A stretch of DNA of 64,000 bases from Chiloscyllium plagiosum (Eukaryota): contig NC_057728.1 of assembly GCF_004010195.1 (NCBI RefSeq), positions 43,353,431 to 43,417,430 on the forward strand, written 5' to 3'. Shown in pieces: positions 1-10,470 of the stretch (within the stretch, counting starts at the first letter, position 1; each line of letters begins with the position of its first letter). The position numbers were made by a program, and so were the translations under genes. Below the pieces are notes generated by a model. That model was not told where the DNA came from and did no database searches. It saw nothing but the letters and a program-made list of their open reading frames with translations.

Positions 1-255
1 AGATTAGTTTAATTTGGCATCATGTTTAGCACAACATCGTGAGCCAAAGGGCCTGTTCCTCTGTTGTATTCTTTTATGTTCTATGTACATAATAGAACCC
101 TTTCACATTGTACCTATTTCTACAACCTTGTAGCTGTAAGCATTATCCTATGAATATCGACATCAAGATGTATCTGTCATACCTCAGGCAATCTGTAAGA
201 TTATAGCTCATTAATAAAATATAACATGGCAGATAGACAAAAGAACAGTAGTCAC

Positions 256-476
256 CTTATTTCATTGTTAATAGCATCAAGTTGTTCTTGCAACATCATC
301 GCAAGAGTCTGAGCATCAGAGTGCCCACTAGGTGAAAGCAGATCCATGGAACTAAATATGGTTTCTCTGTCATCGTCGTCAATGTCTGACATTTCAGTGT
401 CACTCTCAAATTGTTGGCTGCTCAGCATGCTAATATGTTGAGTTCTGCTCCATTCTTTGTCGCCGATTGTTTGTAT
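256..476 (-). CDS. PPFIA2: Liprin-alpha exon, last in window, 221 bp, phase 0-2
   Basis: tttcag|ATA ... AG|gtgact. Translates IQTIGDKEWSRTQHISMLSSQQFESDTEMSDIDDDDRETIFSSMDLLSPSGHSDAQTLAMMLQEQLDAINNEI(R); the C-terminal half is near-identical to PPFIA2. Confidence 0.95.
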
Positions 477-1974
477 CTGAAATACAGAAAAAGTCAAAAT
501 TCTACAGTGTTTCTCATAACTTTTGACATAACACATATTCTGAAGGAGAGTCACTGGAATCAACATGTTAATTCTGCTTTGTCTCCAAAGACGCTGCCAG
601 ACTTGCTGAGTTTCTCCAGCAATTTCTATTTTTAGTTCAAACCTTCAGCATCTGCAGTTAATTGTTTTATTCCCAGTCTCTTCAAATTTTCCTATGCTTC
701 TCGGCTGCACCCCAGTGTTGAGTGCATACTATCCAACAACCAACCAGGCTCTCAGATTGTTACCTGCACCTCAGAAAGAATTTCTAAACAGAGTACTTGT
801 TATGTATTCTAAACATGGGACTTAATAAAAGTACGAGGGAAATTTATTCTTCCTGAGTGATAAGCTGCAACCACACACTCTCCATGCCTCTTTGATGGCA
901 ATTCTGAGATATCAACCAACTTTTATATATGAAAGCTAAACAGTATTTCTGAAAAATATTTGAACACATTGTCTGTTGTTAAATAGCATTTGTTTCAGTT
1001 TTTTAAATTAAAGATAAAAGCTAAGAATAGAAACAAATCAAAGAAGCAAAAAAAATTGGATGTGTAGTTTTCTCCTGTATTTTTCCACTTCAAGGTATTT
1101 TTATATTTTGTGTATTTATCATGTTTATATGGTGTAAGAGTTTTTTGACATTTTTGTGTATTTCTATCATGCTGCACAATAAGATCATTTAAAAATATGT
1201 CTTGCAATTAGGTTTGTGTTAAAATGTTGTAAGGTGGGCCATCCTGAGCTTAAAGTCAGGTCTGAAGAGACAAAAAAAAAGGACAACGTTGAACTAAACT
1301 AAAATGCACATTCACAACAGACACATACACATACAGACATTTGTCTACAGCAAATGAGCTAAACAATATCCATCTCCTGTACTGCTGTACCTTGAGACAC
1401 CCCCTGCAAGAAACATAGTATGATCACATGTAGGTGTCTCTGGGTAGTCAGGATTAGATTGATAGCCATGTCAGATAACTCATTTGAAGGTATTGCATCA
1501 TATGCCATAAACCAGAGAGAGGAAATTGCACAAAACCGTAGCTCTCAAGGACATCTCTGCTGCATCTGAAAGCTTTACTCAAACAATCATGGGAAGACAT
1601 TGGAGTATTTGTTGGCAGAGTGACCATATTCTTGTACATATCATCTCATTAAGCAACTACTACTGTGAGTTTATATTGTTGCTCATGGACTTAAGAAGAT
1701 GGTTATCACAAAGTGGAAACTATCCAAAACTGTTTCCTGCATCTTTGATAGCCGATATACTAAGGGCCTTAGAGGCTAGTGAGAACCCTGTGGAAGAGTC
1801 TTCCACATTTGTTAGTAAGAAATCAATTACACACCTTTCCTTCACCTTATACAATGGTAACTTTTTGCAGTTGAAGACCTTGAAGGCTTTTTGAAACTGT
1901 TTTCTTTCTGCTTTGACTGCAAATTAGATTAGTTTGCTTTGACCATAATGTCTGAAAAATTGTATTTTGGAAAG

Positions 1975-2475
1975 AAAGGTAAAACATGTTATAAATCATC
2001 ATCACAGCTTGGTATGGCAACTGCTTTGCCCAGGACCATAAGAACCTACAAAAAGTTGTGAACACAGCCCAGACCATCATGCAAGCCCACCTCCCATCCA
2101 CTGCCTCCATTGCCACTTCTCGTTGCTGTGGAAAGGCAGCCAACATTATCAAAGACTCCTCCCACCCAATTATAATCTCTTCCAACGTCTTTTTCAGGCA
2201 GAAGATATAAAAGCTTAAAACATATGTACTAATAGGTTCAAGAACTGCTTCTTCCCCACTGTTAATAGACTGCTGAATGGACCTCTCAAATTTCAAAACT
2301 AATGTTGATCTTGCTTTTAATGCACCTTCTGTGCAGCTGTAACTTTGTATGCCTCGCTCTGTTCAATCACCCTATGATCTGTATGTCCTTGTATGCTATG
2401 ATCTTTCTGTATTGCATGCAAAACAAAGCTTTTCACTGTACTTAGGTACATGTAACAATAATAAATCAAATCAAT
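1975..2475 (+). mobile_element. Rex1/Babar-like LINE 3' end
   Basis: Collinear with 6490-6860 (atggcaactgct..ccaggaccataag, gcagaagata), tail caataataaatcaaatcaat. Confidence 0.7.
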
Positions 2476-2591
2476 ATTTTGCTGTAAGTATTTTGATTTA
2501 TTACTTCAAACTTAATTGAAAAATTCAAGGAACAATAATAATCGTTTTTAGATTATTCAATTCTATATTAATTCAAATATAAGGTGCAAAC

Positions 2592-2730
2592 CTTTGGTTC
2601 TTCTCTGTGTCCTGCTATACGCCCCTTCTGTGATCGTCTTCGCACTTTGGAAGACCTATAATGGTCAGACTGACTATCTATCAATGACCCCATGGAATAT
2701 CGCATATCAGGTGAAGTATCCAAACGTTGC
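2592..2730 (-). CDS. PPFIA2: Liprin-alpha exon, 139 bp, phase 2-0
   Basis: ttccag|G CAA ... AAG|gtttgc. Translates (R)QRLDTSPDMRYSMGSLIDSQSDHYRSSKVRRRSQKGRIAGHREEPK. Phases fit both neighbouring exons. Confidence 0.92.
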
Positions 2731-4270
2731 CTGGAAAGTAATAGTTTTTGCATTATCTTGTAGAAAGAGTAATGGATCAGTCTTTTCAGTATTTAAAATT
2801 AAATTGTTTTAGTAAAGCAATTGTATTATTTTTATATTGTAAAAGCTGCAATGTTAATGCAAATTACAACAGTTGTATACTCAAGCAATATTTCATTGGC
2901 TATAAACTGTTTTTTGATATCCTGAGGTCAAAAATGTATTAATTGTAAGTCACTTCTTTCTTTACAGAAAAGAAAATACCCCCCACAATTTATCTATGAA
3001 TCATTGAGCAATTAGAAAAATAACTGCAGAGTAAGAAGCCATTTAGTCCATCAAGTTCCACTATGGCCATAAGTGGTGCCTGTTAAAGTGGCTCAGCCTT
3101 CATTCCATGAAACAAAAATCTGTGGAAACACACAGCAACAGCTTTATTTGAGTTTTCTTCTGTCCAGTTTTCTCTCTGGACCCTGAGATAATTTCTTTTG
3201 GTGTGGTATAAGCCTGTAGGTATATTTGTCACAAGGTTCTCATGAATTGCTGGCCATTTGGCAGAGGAGAATTTGTGGGCATCTTACTGCCTCTAGGCCA
3301 TTTTTAAGGAGTCAGTCTGGGCAATGGGAGCAAAAGACAAGCAGCTTTGTAATATAGTTAGAAAGTTTAGTAAAATCAAAAATTGGAGGTCAACAGGAGT
3401 GTCAGTGTTCTAGGATCAATTTGAGGTCTTATGCAGCTGGAGTACTTACACAGAAGTTGGCTTACTGTAGGCTTGCAGCTGTAATTACCTTTTTCAAAAA
3501 GAAACAATACCTTATGGCACACTCTTTCTCCCCTACCTGCAACTTTAGCCTGCAGCTCCTTAAGTCCTGGAGGACCTCTTATTGCTACTACAATGTCAAG
3601 AGCTAATTTCTACCATTAATTGACCATTTCTTTGAAAATCCTTTTGGGCAGTTATCACCAGGTCCAGTACCAGGTTTGGAATCAGATTCGATCCCAATAT
3701 TGGGGTCCCGAGAGAAAAACAATCCCTGACTTACAAAATTTGGTAACACACTGCCATGTGGCACATTCTGGTGATCACATCCCAGCTGAACATTAATTGA
3801 GTGATTTCATTCCATCAATGAAAAATACTGAGGACACCTTGACTGCCCATGTAAGCAGTTTATAATATGCAACAAATTCTAGATTTGCTTCTGCTGCTCA
3901 CTGTGAAAGAATCAAAGAGAAAACAGCCAGTGAATCAAATCTGAGAGGCTCCTCTCCTTCTGACTGGTTTCATCAAAATGGATTTAACTGACAGGCCAGT
4001 CAAGCATGACATAGGTCACCTAGCAGATGTGCTTCTGTGCAGCATATTGCGAAGTCCTGGAGATTCCACGAGCAGATCCCTGAAAGGAATTAGTGACAGA
4101 GAAATTCAGGGCTGTGGTGACCTTGATAATGACTGGCAATTCATATTCACCCAGTCCACTGAAGAATAGATCTTATTCCAAGAGGCTGAAGATTTCAGAG
4201 CTAAATTGCCATGGGAGTCTGAGTCTCTTGAACCACTTTTGTTCAGTTGCATTGGGAAAGCTGATAATCT

Positions 4271-4407
4271 TCGAGGAGAAAGTGAGGACTGCACATGCTG
4301 GAGATCAGAAGAAGGGATTCCTGAAGAAGGGCTCATGCCCGAAACGTCGATTCTCCTGCTCCTTGGATGCTGCCTGACCTGCTGCGCTTTTCCAGCAACA
4401 CATTTTC
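4271..4407 (+). mobile_element. Short PLE-derived insertion with 14-bp TSD
   Basis: AAAGCTGATAATCT at 4257-4270 and 4408-4421. Contains an inverted PLE tail, the hammerhead and the PLE 3' terminus. Confidence 0.88.
4316..4353 (+). ncRNA. Minimal type I hammerhead ribozyme motif (PLE-associated), intact core
   Basis: gattc-CTGAAGA-A-GGGC-tcat-GCCC-GAA-AC/GT-C^-gattc: conserved CUGANGA and GAAA, 4-bp stem II, palindromic ACGT stem III, and a GUC cleavage triplet ending at 4348. Confidence 0.75.
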
Positions 4408-5207
4408 AAAGCTGATAATCTGCCTGTCGATAGTGAGCCATGTGTATGTTCTCCTTACAGTGGAAGCTCTGCGTCCACCCTCTCTGTCCGCTGGAGCTGC
4501 ACATGATTCAGCAGGAAATAGATGCTGCTGCTTGTGATGGTCCTGCTGATCTAGAGTGTTTAGTGTTGTTGTTGCTACTGCTCTTCCTCCTCCTGAACCT
4601 TACTTGAGACCTAAAGTAGAGCTGTGAAAACCATTGTACTGCAGTGAAAGTTGACAACAGAGAAATGTAGATCCAGGTGAACAAATTCCAAGATAGTAGA
4701 ATTAACTTTCACAAAACTGGAATCTAACTCAAGGACTGTGAAAGCACATGCTCTAAAGAAGCACTGATAGCAAACACCTTTGACTTAGGCAAGGAAGTAG
4801 CTGTGCTGCTTTGATATTTAAAGGGTCTCAAGTGTGTTGATCTTGAGTTTGAGCCACCTGGAAACCCTTTGGCAAACAGGGACAGATTATGGGATTGGAC
4901 AGATTATGGGATTGAGACTTCATTCAATTGTCTTTCTATATGGTTAAATCTCAGACCTCAGTACTCCACAGCAGTTTCCTATGTGCATAAGTTAAAGGTG
5001 AATGTAAGCAGGGTCACATTGGATTTATGTGATAATATTTCATTAACTTTTTAAAGATAACTGCACCTCCTCCATGATAACAGTTAATACTGGAGCCCCA
5101 CAAGGATGCATCCTCAGCTCCAGCGGACAGAGAGGGTGGACGCAGAGCTTCTGCTGTAAGGAGAACATACACATGGCTCACTATCGACAGGCAGATTATC
5201 AGCTTTG

Positions 5208-6030
5208 AAAATGTGTTGCTGGAAAAGTGCAGCAGGTCAGGCAGCATCCAAGGAGCAGGAGAATTGACGTTTCGTGAGGAAACTGGAGAAATCTGAGTTC
5301 ATTCCTTGTGGTTGGAGGGTTCCTAAGCGGAAGATGAAGTGCTCTTCCTCCAGCTGTCATGTTGCTATGGTCTGGCGATGGAGGACTCCAAGGACCTGCA
5401 TGTCCTTGGTGGAGTGGGAGGGGGAGTTGAAGTGTTGAGCCACGGGGCGGATATGGAAGGATCCCTTGGGGCCTTGGAGCGAAGTAAGGGGGGAGGTGTG
5501 GGTGCAAGTTTTGCATTTCTTGCGGTTGCAAGGGAAGGCGCAGGGAGTGGAAGTTGGGTTGGTGGGGCGTGTGGACCTGACGAGGGAGTCCCGGAATGAG
5601 TGGTCTTTTCGGAACGCTGATAAGGGAGGGGAGGGAAATATATCCCTGGTGGCGGGGTCCGTTTGGAGATGGCAGAAATGACGATGGATAATATGATGTA
5701 TATGGAGGTTGGTGGGGTGGTAGGTGAGGACCAGTGGGGTTCTGTCCTGGTGGCGATTGGAGGGGTGGGGCTCAAGGGCGGAGGAGCGGGAAGTGGAGGA
5801 GATGCGGTGGAGAGCATCGTCGATCACGTCTGGGGGGAACTTGCGGTCGGTCTTCTTCCGCTGCACCCGATGTGGCCTCCTCTATATTGGGGAGACAGGC
5901 CGCCTACTTGCGGAATGTTTCAGAGAACACCTCTGGGACATCCGGACCAACCAACCCAACCACCCCGTGGCTCAACACTTCAACATTTTCAGCTCTGATC
6001 TCCAGCATCTGCAGTCCTCACTTTCCCCTA
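5208..6030 (-). mobile_element. Penelope-like element fragment with internal inversion
   Basis: Minus strand PLVLTYHP...PCNRKKCKTC...PVAQHFNSPSHS. Plus strand RCTRCGLLYIGETGRLLAE.FREH, the GIY-YIG endonuclease. PLE terminal sequences at both ends. Confidence 0.88.
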
Positions 6031-6860
6031 CTGTACTAGCTGACACCCACAACCGTGTTGCCAAACTCCAAATGAACGCCATCTACAAGTTTGCTGATGA
6101 TACCACTGTGGTAGGACGGATATCTAACAAAGAGTCAGGATACAGAAAGGAGATAGAAGGCTTTGTGATGTAGTGCAATGAGAACAACCTCTCTGTCTAT
6201 GTCAGCAAAACTAAAGAATTGATCACTGATTCAGAAAGAAAGAAGGAGAACATGCCCCCACCTACGGCAACGTAGCTGAGGACGAGATGGTAGACAACAT
6301 CAAGTTCCTAGGAGTGATGATAACCGACAACCTGTCCTGGACTTTCCACATAGATGTGATGGTCAAGAAGACACAATAGTGCCTCTTTTTCCTCAGGCGC
6401 CTCAGGAAAGTTGACATGTCCACAAGGACCCTCACCAACCTTACTGAAGGTGCACCACTGAAAGGATACTGTCCACGTGCATAAGGGCCTGCTATGGCAA
6501 CTGCTCTGTCCAGGACCATAAGGAACTACAGAAGGTTGTGTGCACTGCCCAGACCATCATGGAAGCCAATTTTCCATCCATGGACGCCATTTACATGGCT
6601 TGTGGCCGCGAAAAGGCTTTCGACATCATCAAAGACCCATCGCACACGGGTAATGCTCTCCTACAACCTCTTCTGTCAGGCAGAAGATACAGAAGCCTAA
6701 GCACATGGATCAGTGGGTTCAGGAACAGCATCTTCCTGTCTACGCTTTTTTTTCACCCTGTGATCTGTATGCCTTTGCTTACTATGATTTGCCTGTACTG
6801 CTGGTAAACAAAGGTTTTCATTGTATTTAGGTAGCCAAGACAATAAATCAATCAATTGAT
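6031..6860 (+). mobile_element. Rex1/Babar-like LINE 3' portion
   Basis: Translates NAIYKFADDTTVVGRISN...YRKEI, with IIKDPSHTGNALLQPLLSGRRYRSL near the end and a caataaatcaatcaat tail. Confidence 0.75.
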
Positions 6861-8115
6861 TAAACCATTTTAATAAGTATATAAAACACATGTCCAGGAG
6901 TTTTTATGTGGTCAACTAATTCATTGATATCCTGTAAGGTAGGAATTTATTTGGTAATCTAAACCTAGTCTGCAACATTAGTGACTCTATACTCTCACCA
7001 AGATGATTGACTTGAAATTGCATTTTGAAGCCACTGGTTTAGGACATCTCAGCTTAGATAATTAATGTTAGACGTTCATTTGATGTAATCTTTTGCATTA
7101 TAATAATTCTTGATATATAAGCAAATCTGGCAAACAATTTGAACAATACAATGACACAAATAGCAAATAAGGAGGAATCACGGGTTGATCTTTCCTGGTA
7201 TTGCTTTAGGGAGAAAAATTATTCAAGATACTAGGAGAACTCTGCATTCCTTTTTTGAACAGTATCACAATATCCATCTAACTAAATGGCCTTGCTTTAA
7301 TATCTCATCTGAACAAAAGCATGTCAGATCATAGAATACTATCCCAGAAATACACTGAAGTGTCTCTTGTTTGGTGGACAATACCCAAAATTCAAAATCC
7401 TCTAACTCAGAGGTACGAGGGTGTATCAACTGAGCCAAACCAAAACAATTTAAAATATGTAAGAGAGATTCTATTCATTTCTTTTTAAACTGTTTTATGT
7501 TAAAAGACTGTTTTATATTAAAAATTTCCGATTGTTCCCTTAGAGTGTAAATGGCAAGTTCAGATTTTCTGGTTCCAAATTGTACAGCTCGATGGTATGC
7601 GAAGTACATTATGTTTTATCACCAGCACCTCCTCCCACATTCTCAGTATTCAAATATTAATTTGTGAGGAATTGGCCTTTGTAATCTGCAAAAAAATTGA
7701 GTTAACTTGTTGCTTCTAGTGCTGGAAGCTCATCATGCAGTACGAAGTTAATTTTGGATTCCAACCATACATTAATTGGAATGTGCTAAACTCACTAATC
7801 ATCTATAAGATTTTTGTTTACATTTACTGCTGACATCAGTGCTGCTTGTAACTTATAGTTTGGTTGTTTTGATACTATTTTATGCAACATCTCCAATATT
7901 GCATGGATCCTTTCACACAAACCATTGCTGTATGGATTTTCTTTAGCAGTACTCATTAGTGTAATTTTAAGTTCTCACACATTTCCTGACATTCACTATT
8001 CACAGAATCATTGTCCGTCAAAAATTTGTGTTCTAAGGCTACTTTGTCCACTTCTATCTGGCTGTTCTTATTGTTTATCACTGAGGATATCTTAAACTGT
8101 TTGTCTTTTCTATGA

Positions 8116-9000
8116 CAGAGGAACCTCGATTATTCGAATATCGAATTATCCAAAGGAGATCTCTAGGTCCCGATAGAAACATTACATCAAAGACGTGTTT
8201 CCAACACTGGTCATGTCTTTTGTTTACAGTGATTAAAAGTGAACTCGGCTTATTGAAATGCTGGCGAGAACAGTCCTGGACTGATGGGAGCCCAGGCACC
8301 ATCTCCAAATGACTGACCTCCTGCCTCTCTCTCTCTCACCACACTTTTCCTGGAGTTCTATACAGATGTGGGACAAAGAACTGAATATCTGTCTATTACA
8401 TTTACAGAGGAACCTCGATTATCCGAACGAGATAGGTGGGCACTATTTTGTTTAGATAATCGATTGTTTGGTGAATTAATTCAATGCCTTTCCTCTGGGG
8501 CTCGGAGTTTTCTGTTAAATCCACTCCCCATTCCCAGATAATCTCTCCAACATTGTCTTGTGCAGGGCAAAGGGGGAACCTGTCAAAACGTTGTGGTAAA
8601 AAATTGTGCGTGTGCCTGTGTGTGCGCATGCGCGCTATTTGGAGACTCACCCCACAAAAGGCGGCAGCAGCAGCCTTGTTGGTGTCCAGTCAGACTGCTC
8701 CGGGGAGGGGAGCAGGGGTGGGTGGGCGGGGGTGGACAGGGGGCAGTGTTGGATGGGGTTGGGGAGCAGGGAACGGTGTTGGACGGGGTTTGGGGTACGG
8801 ACGGGTGGGGGATGGTGTTGGATGGGATTGGGGCCAGGGCTCATGCGTGGTGTGCTGCTGCCTAGTCTTCTGAATGGGGAGTGGACTTAACAGAAAACTC
8901 AGAGCCCCAGAGGAAAGGCATTGAATTAATTAACCAAATAATTGATTATCTGAACGAAATAGTGCCCATCCATCTCGTTCGGATAATCAAGGTTCCTCTG
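8116..9000. mobile_element. Tigger/pogo-like non-autonomous DNA element, rearranged
   Basis: TIR CAGAGGAACCTCGATTAT at 8116 and 8405, and its complement ending at 9000 followed by TA. Confidence 0.72.
8700..8840 (+). repeat. G-rich tandem repeat, G-quadruplex-prone
   Basis: Three copies of (g)gtgttgga(t/c)ggg(g/a)ttgggg plus further GGG runs. Confidence 0.7.
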
Positions 9001-9239
9001 TAAATGTAATAGACAGATATTCAGTTCTTTGTCCCACATCTTCAGACATGTGCTCCAACTTCATTAAATTCCTGAGCTAAAGGAGTACTTAGAAACAGGT
9101 GGAGTGATGTCTGACTGTATTTAGTTCATATATTAATTCATAGCGTGCTCTATTCTACAAGGAACTTGCATTCTTTATCCTCAAGTCCAGCATCCTTTAA
9201 CAGGAGCTTTATTTTTGTGTGGAAGGATAAGATCACTTA

Positions 9240-10470
9240 TAAAATCATACAATACCAAACAGGCCCATCACCCATCGAGTCTGAGTAAACAAAATACTGC
9301 ACTAAATCTACACTTGCGCGCACTTTCCAGCACTTGGCCCATAGCATTGAATACTATGACATCTTAAGTGCTCATTCAAATACCCCTTAAAAATTGGCAG
9401 GTTTCCTGCAGCAACTATCCTTCCATATAATGCAATGCAGATTCCAACCTTTGGGTCGAAAATCATGTCTTCAAATCTCCTCAAAACCTCTTGCCTTTGA
9501 CCTTAAAATTGTGCCTGATGTTATTAACCCTTCTAGTAAGGGGAACAGTTGCTTCCTTTCATTCTTGACCATGCTTTTCATTATCTTATACACGTCTGAG
9601 CCTTCTCTGCTTTAAAGAAAATAATTCAAGATTATTCAGCTTCTCTTCATAGCGGAAGTGCTAATTCACATACAGCACTCTAGTGAATCACCTCTGCATC
9701 ACCTCCTGTGATTTCACATTGTTCCTATTGTGTGGTGACCAGAACTGTACACAGTACTCTAGCTGTGGCCTAACCAAAGGCACATACAGTTCCAACAAAA
9801 GCTCCCTGCTCTGATAATTCATGCCTAACTGAAAAAGGCATGTATTCCATACTCATAACATCACCACCGGAAATGACATCACCACAGGAAATGACATCAA
9901 CCCAAGGAACCCTAAACATATAAATAGAAACTGGGCCATACCACCAGTGCTTTCTCCACAGACACACTGATGACGTTACCTAGTATGGTGACAAAACGTC
10001 TGAAAATGAACATTCTAGCTTAGCAAGCAAACCTTCATCCAGAACCTCAACCTGAGCTACAAATGTTCTCAAAACTCTTAATTGCCCTATAAATCTGTCC
10101 TGCTACCTTCATTGATCTGTTGACAAGCACCCCAAAATCCTTTTGTTCTTCTGAGCTTCCTAGTCTCCTGCCATTTATTGAATGCTTCCTTGTCTTTTAA
10201 CTCTTCCAAAGTGCATCACCTCACATTTTTCAGTGTTCAATTCAATCTGCCACTGGTGTGCCCATCCGATCAATCGGTCTCTATTCTCCTGTAACCGAAG
10301 ACCTTCTTCCTCATTTCAACCACTCTTCATCGTTCATGTGGAAAGCCAATCTTTGTGTCATCCACAAAGTTACTTGTCATTACCCCACATTTTCTTCTTG
10401 AACACTTATTCATACCATGAACAATAATGGATCCAACACTGGTCCCTGTTGTACACCATTGGACACCAAC
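9240..10470 (-). mobile_element. CR1 3' portion with nested PLE terminus (~9850-10078)
   Basis: CR1-type blocks ggtgaccagaactgtacacagtactc and aagtgcatcacctcacatttt, shared with other CR1 copies in the window. Confidence 0.7.

Larger units (their letters stand above)
4005..4460 (-). pseudogene. PIF/Harbinger transposase N-terminal relic, split by the PLE insertion
   Basis: After removing 4271-4421 one frame reads RQIISFPNATEQKWFKRLRL...SLLE*DL...LPVIIKVTTALNFSVTNSFQGSARGISRTSQYAAQKHIC*VT, matching the Harbinger motif LPV.VKV..ALNF.A.GSFQ...SQ.A.H..I..VT. Confidence 0.72.

Noticed and set aside
4206..4415. Recurrent peptide ILLLLGCCLTCCAFPATHFQ in many ORF-track entries as a small gene family
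   Set aside because: It is the translation of the non-coding PLE terminal repeat, found in both orientations with TSDs.
4879..4914. 17-bp tandem duplication (ggacagattatgggatt x2)
   Set aside because: Ordinary slippage duplication with no further structure.
8484..8890. Overlapping Gly/Trp-rich ORFs
   Set aside because: By-product of a G-rich tandem repeat that lacks stop codons. There is no splice or homology support.
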